Assembly (NCBI GenBank): GCA_964638415.1
Contig: CAZWYP010000005.1
Coordinates: forward strand, 4,121 to 68,120
Direction of reading: 5' to 3'
Source: an uncultured Gammaproteobacteria bacterium
GTDB lineage: Bacteria > Patescibacteriota > Patescibacteriia > UBA1558 > GWA2-36-10
DNA: 64,000 nucleotides
Position 1 is the stretch's first letter. Each line of letters opens with the position of its first letter. Under the pieces are notes generated by a model that was given only the letters and a program-made list of their open reading frames with translations, was not told where the DNA came from and did not search any database. Shown piece by piece: positions 29,488-37,771 of this stretch. Both the position numbers and the translations under genes were made by a program.

Positions 29488-30985
29488 ATTGCAATTTCTT
29501 TTTTAAAATCTCCTCCACCTTGGCTGGGTTAGCCTTGCCGCCGCTCTCCGCCATCACTTTGCCGACAAAAAATTTCAATAAAGCTTCTTTACCCTGTCTA
29601 TACTGCTCTGCTTGCTCCGGATGCATCATTACTACCTTAATCACTAGATCCTCCAAGGTGCTAAGATCTTCAATTTGTCCAAGATTGAGTTTTTCCACCA
29701 AATGCGAAGGGTCATCACCGGAAACAAACATTTCAGCTAATATCTTCTGGGCAGCCGTGCTATTGATTTTCTGGTAGTATATTAAGCTTAAAAATTCCGC
29801 CATATTTTCCGGGGTAATCTTTAATTCAGAAAAATGCCAATCCGTAGGCAATAATTTAAACAATTCGCTGGTTAACCAGCCATGAGCTAATTTAGCTATC
29901 TTCTTACGATTCTCCTGCCATAATTGCGCAGCCTTGGAACCTAATTTAGCTCCATCGGCTTTAAAAAGCCAAGCGCGCAATTCTGACATTACTGCCTCGT
30001 AAAAATCCGACCAGATTTTGTTATTTACCAAAACATTAACATCATCTATGTTTAAGCCATATTCTTCAGCTAAGCGCGCTCTCCGCTGATCCGGCAACTC
30101 CGGCAAAGACAATTTAACTTCTTTAATAGTTTCTGGATCAATGTCTAAAGGCGGCAAATCCGGTTCGGGAAAATAACGGTAGTCGCTAGAACCTTCCTTG
30201 CTACGCTGCTCAACAGTGATTTCTTCATTATCATCCCAGCCGCGGGTTTCCGTAAATTGCGGCGGATTGCTCTTTTCCCAAAGCTCGCGCTGCCGTTTAA
30301 CTTCATATTCCAAAGCTTTAAACACGGAACGGAAAGAATTTAAATTCTTTATTTCTGTTTTGGGATAATACCTATTATCTCCATTGGGTCGCAAAGAAAT
30401 ATTAGCATCACAGCGCATTTGCCCTTTTTCCATATCCGCATCGGATACTTCCAGATACCTGGCAATTAATCTCAACTCCTGCAAAAAATCCCTAGCTTCC
30501 TGAGGACTGCGAAAATCCGCTTTGGTCACAATTTCTGCCAAAGGTGTACCGCCACGGTTAAAATCTACCAAAGTCTTATCTTGGCGATGGATATTCTTAG
30601 CAGCATCCTCTTCCAAATGCAAGCGCTCAATGCCAATCTTAGTCTTATGGCTATTACTCTGCAGCATTAAATAACCGTCTTCGGCCAATGGTTCGTCAAA
30701 TTGGGAAATCTGGTAGCCCTTGGGAAGATCGGGATAAAAATAATTCTTGCGGTCAAACTTGGAATGAATATTAATACGGCAATTTAAAGCCAAAGCCATC
30801 GCCATACCTTGCTTTACCGCCTCTTCATTGACCGTCGGCAAAGTTCCCGGATGGCCAAGACAAATTGGACAAACTAAAGTATTCGGCGGCTGGTTGTCCG
30901 ACAAATTAGAACAGGCACAAAACATCTTACTCTTAGTCTTGAGCTGCAAATGTATTTCTAAACCGATGATTGTTTCAAAAGTCAT
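29486..30985 (-). CDS. gatB: Asp/Glu-tRNA amidotransferase subunit B
   Basis: IGLEIH, RKNYFYPDLPKGYQISQ, YRYFPEPDLPP. Confidence 0.97.
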   Translation of the reverse strand: MTFETIIGLEIHLQLKTKSKMFCACSNLSDNQPPNTLVCPICLGHPGTLPTVNEEAVKQGMAMALALNCRINIHSKFDRKNYFYPDLPKGYQISQFDEPLAEDGYLMLQSNSHKTKIGIERLHLEEDAAKNIHRQDKTLVDFNRGGTPLAEIVTKADFRSPQEARDFLQELRLIARYLEVSDADMEKGQMRCDANISLRPNGDNRYYPKTEIKNLNSFRSVFKALEYEVKRQRELWEKSNPPQFTETRGWDDNEEITVEQRSKEGSSDYRYFPEPDLPPLDIDPETIKEVKLSLPELPDQRRARLAEEYGLNIDDVNVLVNNKIWSDFYEAVMSELRAWLFKADGAKLGSKAAQLWQENRKKIAKLAHGWLTSELFKLLPTDWHFSELKITPENMAEFLSLIYYQKINSTAAQKILAEMFVSGDDPSHLVEKLNLGQIEDLSTLEDLVIKVVMMHPEQAEQYRQGKEALLKFFVGKVMAESGGKANPAKVEEILKKKLQ

Positions 30986-31608
30986 TTTGCCAATAATTCA
31001 CTGACTACTTTTTTAATTTCTTCAGCTATGGACTGGATATCCCCGAAGCCGTTAACTACTGCCCAATTATTATTTTCCTTAGCCTGCTGCAAATAGCCCT
31101 CTCTTACCTGGTGGTGAAACTCTTCCGTTTCATTATCCAGCCTATCCTGTTTTTCTTCCCGCCTTCTTTGCGCCGCCTGTTCTACAGTCACATCCAGATA
31201 AATTACCAGATCGGGCTTTAGATTATCCTTAGCCCAGTCATTTAATAATTTGATATTAGCTAAATCCAAATGCCTGGCTGCTCCTTGATAAGCAAAGGTG
31301 GAGCCATCAAAGCGATCGCAGAGCACTATCTTGCCTAAAGACAAGGCCGGCTTAATTACCTGCTCAACATGCTGAGCCCGGGAAGCCAGATAAAGCAAAA
31401 GCTCGGTGCGCGGATGCATTTCCAAATGCTCTTTATCTAGAATAATTTCCCTGATTTTTTCCGAAATCGTGGTATGATCACCGCCCGGTTCTCTTGTCAT
31501 TAGCACTGCTAAACCTTGAGACTCCAAAAAACCTTTCAGTAAATCAATCTGGGTGGTTTTCCCGGATTTATCTCCTCCTTCAAAAACAATAAACTTACCT
31601 GTCTGCAT
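30982..31608 (-). CDS. tmk: Thymidylate kinase
   Basis: FEGGDKSGKTTQ, TREPGG, CDRFDGS. Confidence 0.95.
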   Translation of the reverse strand: MQTGKFIVFEGGDKSGKTTQIDLLKGFLESQGLAVLMTREPGGDHTTISEKIREIILDKEHLEMHPRTELLLYLASRAQHVEQVIKPALSLGKIVLCDRFDGSTFAYQGAARHLDLANIKLLNDWAKDNLKPDLVIYLDVTVEQAAQRRREEKQDRLDNETEEFHHQVREGYLQQAKENNNWAVVNGFGDIQSIAEEIKKVVSELLAK

Positions 31609-31628
31609 AATCTAATTTTATCATAAAA

Positions 31629-32276
31629 TTAATATTGGCGGTAATTTCTATAAAACTCCCGTTTTAAATCCCGAGCAATCCTGTCTGTAGCTAATCTCCT
31701 TTTCCCTGGTGGCAAATTTCTTAAAATTCTGATTTTTTCCTGGCTATATTTTTTAAACACCCGCCGCCACTGCTTGTCTTCCAACGCCAATAAACTATAT
31801 TGCAAATCTTCTTTTTCCAAAGACTTTCTGATGTCATCATCATATCTGGCTGGCGAAGCATCAAATTCTATAGGAATAACTTTGGCCTGTTGGCTAAAAA
31901 TTTTCCTAGCCAAAGCCCTCATTTTAATTTCCCTGGTTTGCTCACAAAAATACCATAACGGCTTATTACCAATTAAAGACTTAATAGCCAGCATATTTTC
32001 TAAAGCACTTAGCTCCGTGGCACAGATTTTAATTTTCCACTTAACAGTCAAACCTCTTTCTTTAATCTTTAATTTAAACCATTTAGCCATTTCTCCTGCT
32101 TCTGTTTTACGGTAAGGCTTTATCATATCAGTATTTCCTCCGGCAGTAATGATAACAATATTTTGCTTTTTAAAATTCTTCCACAATAAATTAAAAACTT
32201 GGATCAGATAAGTGTGGTAATTATTATCTGTCCAAATATCTTGGGGTGTGCCGTAACCATTAACTACTACGAACAT
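31629..32276 (-). CDS. Hypothetical protein with DUF218/YdcF-like motifs
   Basis: ITAGG...TEAGEM...ELSALEN resembles the DUF218 SGG/EA..M/EN motifs; start ATG 32276. Confidence 0.55.
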   Translation of the reverse strand: MFVVVNGYGTPQDIWTDNNYHTYLIQVFNLLWKNFKKQNIVIITAGGNTDMIKPYRKTEAGEMAKWFKLKIKERGLTVKWKIKICATELSALENMLAIKSLIGNKPLWYFCEQTREIKMRALARKIFSQQAKVIPIEFDASPARYDDDIRKSLEKEDLQYSLLALEDKQWRRVFKKYSQEKIRILRNLPPGKRRLATDRIARDLKREFYRNYRQY

Positions 32277-32280
32277 AAGA

Positions 32281-32856
32281 CTATTTTTTATTAAACTGAT
32301 GCCAGCAAGCTCGGCATAAAGCCTGGTATTTATCCGCGCCGCCGACTTCAATTAATTCCTTGGATCCTCCCAAGCGATGAGTGCGGGAAGCCAAGCTGCC
32401 GCAGACTGAACAAATGGCATGAAGCTTTTTAATTACATCTGCTTCCACTAAAAGCTCTGCCATGCCGGGAAAAGGTTGTCCAGAAGCCGCTAAATCCAAA
32501 GCGGCCATAACTACTTTTTTCCCTTGATTAGCTAAGTCTTTCACTACTGGCAACAATTCAAGAACATCAAAAAATTGCACTTCATCCACTCCGATAATCT
32601 CCACGTCCCTGTATTGCTCTTGCTGTAAATAAGTTAGAAGGTCTTTAGCCTGTCCAACTACAACCGCATTAATCTTCTCACCGTTGTGGGTGACAATCTG
32701 ATCTTGGGAATAACGATTATCCCGCTGCGGCTTGAATACCACCACTTGTTTGCGGGCAATCTGCCACCGACGCATCATCCGCATTAACTCCTCAGTCTTG
32801 CCGGCAAACATGGGTCCGGTAATTACTGTAATAAATCCTCCGCGAAAATGTTCCAT
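32281..32856 (-). CDS. tdk: Thymidine kinase
   Basis: GPMFAGKTEEL, DEVQFF, CSVCG...LCRAC zinc site. Confidence 0.95.
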   Translation of the reverse strand: MEHFRGGFITVITGPMFAGKTEELMRMMRRWQIARKQVVVFKPQRDNRYSQDQIVTHNGEKINAVVVGQAKDLLTYLQQEQYRDVEIIGVDEVQFFDVLELLPVVKDLANQGKKVVMAALDLAASGQPFPGMAELLVEADVIKKLHAICSVCGSLASRTHRLGGSKELIEVGGADKYQALCRACWHQFNKK

Positions 32857-32866
32857 AGTTTTTTAT

Positions 32867-33289
32867 TTAATAACCAGAAGAGCCAAAACGATTTTCACCT
32901 CTATCTGAATCTGCTAAATTATCTGCTTCTTTAATTTCTACCCGCTCTATTGGCTGAATTAACATCTGGGCAATTCTATCTCCAACTTTTATCTGGTAAT
33001 CCTCTGTTCCTAGGTTAATAATTACCACAAAAATCTCTCCCCGGTAATTACTATCCACAACGCCAGCTAAGGTATGCAAACCATGCTTGGCAGCTAAACC
33101 GCTACGGTCTCGAATATTACCAACCATACCAACTGGAATTTCCAAAGCAATGCCGGTAGAAACATTCTCCACTTTGCCTGGCAATAATATTTTATCTTCA
33201 GCCGCATAAAGATCCAAAGCTGCATCACCTTGATGCTGGTAAGCTGGCAAAATAGCTTGGGCAGATAATTTCTTGACTTTCAATACCAT
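32867..33289 (-). CDS. dut: dUTP diphosphatase
   Basis: DAALDL, RSGLA, GVVDSNYRGE, RIAQ, RG..RFGSSG. Confidence 0.95.
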   Translation of the reverse strand: MVLKVKKLSAQAILPAYQHQGDAALDLYAAEDKILLPGKVENVSTGIALEIPVGMVGNIRDRSGLAAKHGLHTLAGVVDSNYRGEIFVVIINLGTEDYQIKVGDRIAQMLIQPIERVEIKEADNLADSDRGENRFGSSGY

Positions 33290-33292
33290 AAT

Positions 33293-33778
33293 CTATTTAG
33301 TCAGTTCTACAAATTTAAAACGCAAACCATTTTCTTCCTGCTCCTCAGTACTGGATACTATATTCTTAAATTCAGAATAATCTGGGAAGAAAATATCTGC
33401 GCCTAAATCTGCATCAATTAAAGTCAGATAAAGCTTATCTGCTTTGCTAATAGCTTGGGCATAAACTTGCCCACCACCGATGATAAAAATCTCCTCCTGA
33501 TCATATTCCTTATGCTGCTGTAAAATATCTATTGCTTGTTCCAAAGAAGTAGCGGTAAAGAATCCCTCAACTTCCACTGGCTGATTAGATAAAACAATAT
33601 TCAGACGATTAGGTAATAACTTACCAATGCTTTTATAAGTATTAAAACCCATAACGACCGCATGGCCAGAAGTTATTTGCTTAAAATGCTTAAGATCAGC
33701 CGGTAAATAAGCTAATAATTGGTTTTGTTTACCAATTCCTCTTTTCTTATCTACGGCAGCAATTAAACTTATTTTCAT
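33293..33778 (-). CDS. folA: Dihydrofolate reductase
   Basis: GIG, DLKHFK, VMG..T, LPNR.NIVLS, IIGGG. Confidence 0.94.
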   Translation of the reverse strand: MKISLIAAVDKKRGIGKQNQLLAYLPADLKHFKQITSGHAVVMGFNTYKSIGKLLPNRLNIVLSNQPVEVEGFFTATSLEQAIDILQQHKEYDQEEIFIIGGGQVYAQAISKADKLYLTLIDADLGADIFFPDYSEFKNIVSSTEEQEENGLRFKFVELTK

Positions 33779-33780
33779 AG

Positions 33781-34710
33781 TTATACAGCAATCGGCGCTT
33801 TAATCGCCGGATGCGGATCATAATTCTCTAAAGTAAAATCTTCAAATTTAAAAGCAAAAATATCCTTAACTTCAGGATTAATCTTCATAGTAGGTAAGCT
33901 CTTAGGCTCACGACTTAACTGCTCATTCACCTGTTCAATATGATTATTGTAAATATGAACATCACCGAAAGTATGGATAAATTCACCCGGCTGCAAACCA
34001 ACTACTTGCGCCATCATCATCGTCAGCAAAGCATAAGAAGCAATGTTAAACGGCACCCCTAAAAATACATCAGCACTCCGCTGGTAAAGCTGACAAGATA
34101 ATTTATCTCCAATCACCATAAAATGGAATAGAGTATGACAAGGCGGCGGTGCGCTATGATGCTGTCTAATTAGCTCCTGCAATTCACCAACATTCCAGCC
34201 GGAAATAATTAAGCGTCTAGAAGTCGGATCAGTTTTAATTAAATCAATAACTCCCTGAACTTGGTTAATACTCTCTCCATTAATTCCAGTCCAATTAACC
34301 CACTGTTTACCGTAAATCGGGCCCAGCTCTCCCCAAGCTTTAGCAAAAGCATCATCTTCTTTCATTTTAACCACAAAATCTACTAAACCAGCTTGCCAGC
34401 TTTCAGAATAACGGGGAAATTGTTCACGTAAATTATTTTTCTTTAAATAATCCTCATAAGCCCATTCATTCCAAATCTTCACATCATTCTTCACCAGATA
34501 TTGGATATTGGTATCTCCCCGCAAAAACCATAACAACTCATGAATAATTGCTTTCAAAAAAACTTTTTTAGTAGTCAATAAGGGAAAGCCTCGGGATAAA
34601 TCAAATCTAATTTGTGCGCCAAAAATACTGCGCGTACCAACACCAGTACGATCCTCCTTACTGACGCCTTCATCTCTGATCTTTCGCAATAAATCTAAAT
34701 ATTGCTTCAT
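33781..34710 (-). CDS. thyA: Thymidylate synthase
   Basis: DRTGVGT, PPCH, YQRSAD, PFNIASY. Confidence 0.97.
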   Translation of the reverse strand: MKQYLDLLRKIRDEGVSKEDRTGVGTRSIFGAQIRFDLSRGFPLLTTKKVFLKAIIHELLWFLRGDTNIQYLVKNDVKIWNEWAYEDYLKKNNLREQFPRYSESWQAGLVDFVVKMKEDDAFAKAWGELGPIYGKQWVNWTGINGESINQVQGVIDLIKTDPTSRRLIISGWNVGELQELIRQHHSAPPPCHTLFHFMVIGDKLSCQLYQRSADVFLGVPFNIASYALLTMMMAQVVGLQPGEFIHTFGDVHIYNNHIEQVNEQLSREPKSLPTMKINPEVKDIFAFKFEDFTLENYDPHPAIKAPIAV

Positions 34711-35258
34711 TAATTTTTTATTAATTTATCTAATTGCTCATACAGGCCCGGCAAATCACCATTATTATCCATGGTGATATCAGCAATCTTCATAGTATCC
34801 AAAATAGTCAATTCTGTTTCCAGCTGATGCTCAGCCACAAACTCCTCCCAAGTCTTATTCTTATCATCCTCATTCTCACCTCTTTGCTTGATCCGCTCAA
34901 ATCTTAATTTCATATCTGCGTCAATACCTACTAGAGTAAAACCAGCTACTTCTTTAAGGTATTTAATATCTTCCAAACGACGAATGCCTTCCACTACCAC
35001 TAAACTGGCTGGAGACTTTTCTACATCCTGGGCAATAACTTTAGCTAATAGATCCTGACCGAAAAATTCCCGCAAGACCGTGGAAATACCGGATAAATTC
35101 TCTCTGGTATGCGGCAGATACAATCTGTCCATCACATCCCGCAAAATAGTAGAATAGCGGAAAGTCACCGCCTGATACTTATCTTTAAGATACTGGGCCG
35201 CTGCTCCTTTACCGGAAGCCGGCAAGCCAGTAATGCCAATGATTCTTTTTTCTGTCAT
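34710..35258 (-). CDS. P-loop nucleotide kinase (dNMP/dephospho-CoA kinase-like)
   Basis: [11 protein letters not shown] Walker A, VVEGIR, R.KQRG lid. Confidence 0.8.
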   Translation of the reverse strand: MTEKRIIGITGLPASGKGAAAQYLKDKYQAVTFRYSTILRDVMDRLYLPHTRENLSGISTVLREFFGQDLLAKVIAQDVEKSPASLVVVEGIRRLEDIKYLKEVAGFTLVGIDADMKLRFERIKQRGENEDDKNKTWEEFVAEHQLETELTILDTMKIADITMDNNGDLPGLYEQLDKLIKN

Positions 35259-35749
35259 TATTGATTGGGATAATTTTCTACGCTGGCGTCAAAATAATCT
35301 AATTGCACACCAGACTGTTTAAACATCGCTTCCGACTCTTCACCGGCATGGTATTTTTTCTCGCAAACCACTCGCTTGATGCCGGAGTTAATGATCAGCA
35401 TGGCGCAAACGCGGCAAGGAGTCATCTTGCAATATAAAGTACCTTCATTGATGGAAATTCCTAAGTGAGCAGCCTGGACAATGGCATTCTGCTCAGCATG
35501 AATGGTACGTACGCAATGCGAGCTGGTGTGTCCGTCCTCATGAGTCACTGTTTTCATCTGGTGGCCGACTTCATCGCAATGAGCAAAACCTTTGGGTGAA
35601 CCGACATAACCAGTAACCACAATCTGCTTGTCTCGGGCAATAACGCAGCCGGAACGGCCGCGGTCGCAAGTGGCGCGCTTAGCTACGGCATTAGCCACTT
35701 CCATAAAATATTCATCCCAGGAGGGACGAATGTATTTTTCTTCCGCCAT
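35258..35749 (-). CDS. dCMP deaminase (ComEB-like)
   Basis: RPSWDEYFM, HAEQNA, PCRVC. Confidence 0.92.
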   Translation of the reverse strand: MAEEKYIRPSWDEYFMEVANAVAKRATCDRGRSGCVIARDKQIVVTGYVGSPKGFAHCDEVGHQMKTVTHEDGHTSSHCVRTIHAEQNAIVQAAHLGISINEGTLYCKMTPCRVCAMLIINSGIKRVVCEKKYHAGEESEAMFKQSGVQLDYFDASVENYPNQ

Positions 35750-35862
35750 AAATTTATGCATTTAATTATGACAAAACCGTCTAAATTTGACGGTATAAAA
35801 ACAATAATAAACCAATTTTATTTTAACAGACTTGGGTAGGAAAATCAAACAAAAAAATGAGA

Positions 35863-36420
35863 TTAAATTTGCCTTAATTTTCCCCTGATTTTCCGGTAGT
35901 CCGGCATGGTTCTGGCCACCAGCTGCCAGAATCCCCGCCCATGATTCATTTCCTGCAAATGGCATAATTCATGGACAATAATGTAATCAGATAAGGCTGG
36001 GGGTAATAAGCATAAGCGGCAGTTAAAATTAAGGTTCTTATTCTTAGAACAACTGCCCCAGCGGGTTGACTGGTTGCGCACAGTAATTTTTCTATAGCTG
36101 AAATTATAGAACTGATTAAAAAATAATAAACGCTCTCTTACCAAAGTATCGGTTAAAGCTTTTAATTTCTTAATCTCACTTAAGGAAAAACGGCGGGAAA
36201 AAATACTTTGCTGGCTAGCGATTTTTTGCCAATTAGCCAATAACCATTCCTGTTTTTGACTAATAAACCTTTGGATTAAATAAAGCGGAAAATATTTAGG
36301 CGCTGATACTAAAATATCCCCATTCTTCTTAATAGCTAAGCGCAAATGGCGATTACCTGCTCGCCTGTTTAATTTATAGGTTAAAACCAGCGGTCCTAAT
36401 TTTATCTTCTTCTCCAGCAT
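35863..36420 (-). CDS. YgjP/DUF45-like metal-dependent hydrolase
   Basis: RWGSCS, HELCHL (HExxH), NHG..FW. Confidence 0.9.
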   Translation of the reverse strand: MLEKKIKLGPLVLTYKLNRRAGNRHLRLAIKKNGDILVSAPKYFPLYLIQRFISQKQEWLLANWQKIASQQSIFSRRFSLSEIKKLKALTDTLVRERLLFFNQFYNFSYRKITVRNQSTRWGSCSKNKNLNFNCRLCLLPPALSDYIIVHELCHLQEMNHGRGFWQLVARTMPDYRKIRGKLRQI

Positions 36421-36514
36421 TGGTATTATTATACTGCAAAACAAAAACCCCGCCTAACGGGGTTCTTGGTTTGAAGTTTACTATACTTTATTGTTTCAAA
36501 TAAAAATAGACAAA

Positions 36515-36709
36515 CTACAAAGGCTTAACATTGATGGCGTTAAGTCCTTTTGGTCCCTCACCGACTTCGTATTCCACTTTCTGTCCTTCTTGTAAGGATC
36601 CGCCGCCTTTGACGGCTGACTTATGGACAAACAAATCTTCACCTGATTCCTGTTCAATAAAACCGAATCCTTTGGTGACGTTGAACCATTTAACTGTACC
36701 TTGTGGCAT
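36515..36709 (-). CDS. Cold-shock protein
   Basis: GTVKWFN, KGFGFI, FVH. Confidence 0.95.
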   Translation of the reverse strand: MPQGTVKWFNVTKGFGFIEQESGEDLFVHKSAVKGGGSLQEGQKVEYEVGEGPKGLNAINVKPL

Positions 36710-36827
36710 AGTTTTTTGTTACTTAATTAAAAATATTCTAATTAAAAATATTGGACTAGAATACTTTTAACTAAAACATCTTCAGTATAGCACAAAGGTT
36801 TAAGTTTGTCAATTAAAAGTTAAAAAC

Positions 36828-36875
36828 AAAAAACCGCTCAAGCCTAGCCCAATAGGCTGCGACTGAAGCGGTTTT
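36828..36875 (-). terminator. Terminator of the GGQ-paralog pair
   Basis: AAAACCGCT...AGCGGTTTT with inner AGCCTA/TAGGCT hairpin. Confidence 0.65.
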
Positions 36876-36892
36876 AATCTGTGCGTGGAGAC

Positions 36893-37252
36893 TCAAGAGG
36901 CAGGATTATGGATCTTCTCTTTGGGGAGTAAGTCATCATAGCCCGAGGGGAAAAAGATAATGCTCTGTTTCTTGTTTTTGATCATCAAAACGTGGCCGTT
37001 AACGGCTGGGTTAGGATCAAAGTCAGCCAAGTTGAATTGATCGCTATCGCGATCCTCAAATACCCAGTGAACATTGTTACCTTGGCCCTGACCAAAAGCT
37101 GACCAATTATAGCTCAAAATCAGCACACCATCATTGGTAACAGCTATGTCTTTGATTTCTGCACGGTGAGTGGCGTGCTTGTCTGGGGAGTTCCTGGTGA
37201 TAACTTGCACCTGTCCTCCGATAAAACCCTGGAAGGTTTCTGTAGTCAGCAT
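36893..37252 (-). CDS. Hypothetical beta-rich protein, paralog of the adjacent gene
   Basis: FIGGQVQV...HRAEI...L.L...W.A motif shared with 37246-37575. Confidence 0.7.
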   Translation of the reverse strand: MLTTETFQGFIGGQVQVITRNSPDKHATHRAEIKDIAVTNDGVLILSYNWSAFGQGQGNNVHWVFEDRDSDQFNLADFDPNPAVNGHVLMIKNKKQSIIFFPSGYDDLLPKEKIHNPAS

Positions 37253-37575
37253 GTTATCCTCGGTGGTAAAATATTTGATGAATGATCTTTTCGGAAAAAA
37301 GTAGCCAGGTCGCCGGTGGGCAAACTGACAATCAGGTGATCAGCTGCGACTTGCGCGTAGCAAATTCGCAAATCCCAAAAGTACTTTGGACGATTAAGCG
37401 GTAAGAAATTATTGCCGTCTTCAGCCAGCGCATTCCAAGCTAAGACAATAGTCAGCTGTTCATCGGTAAAAACAAAAGAAGACAACTGTCCGCGCTGAAT
37501 AGCTCTGCCCTGCCGACCGCGAATTTCTATTTGTCCCCCAAGATAAGGAGACAATGATTCCTGGTTCAATTCCAT
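37246..37575 (-). CDS. Hypothetical beta-rich protein
   Basis: ATG 37575 with AAGGAG SD; YLGGQIEI...QRGQL...LTI...W.A. Confidence 0.7.
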   Translation of the reverse strand: MELNQESLSPYLGGQIEIRGRQGRAIQRGQLSSFVFTDEQLTIVLAWNALAEDGNNFLPLNRPKYFWDLRICYAQVAADHLIVSLPTGDLATFFRKDHSSNILPPRITC

Positions 37576-37602
37576 GGAGTCTCCTTGTGAAAGAACATTT
37601 GC

Positions 37603-37689
37603 TGGTTTAAGCGCTACCTGCCAGAGTGTCCGGAAGCCAGCGATAAGGAGGGTCATCGCGGCCGGCACTTACAGATAGCGCCCAAACCA
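37603..37689 (-). ncRNA. Structured 5' leader hairpin of unknown family
   Basis: Long rod-like stem whose outer-stem mismatches become G-U pairs on the minus strand; apical loop CCCUCC; lies between a promoter (37750-37722) and the SD. Confidence 0.65.
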
Positions 37690-37771
37690 CCATTGCCAAT
37701 TAAGGTCTTTGTTGATACACTAAATTAACAAAGAAAAGCGGATTAGTCAAGTTAGAAAAATTACTGCAGTT

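Noticed and set aside
36724-36752. 14-bp tandem repeat TAATTAAAAATATT in the cold-shock gene leader
   Set aside because: Two copies of pure A/T sequence in AT-rich DNA; not enough to support a function
37603-37689. SRP (4.5S) RNA or a simple terminator
   Set aside because: No SRP domain IV motif or GNRA apical loop, no U-tract after the stem, and it lies between promoter and SD
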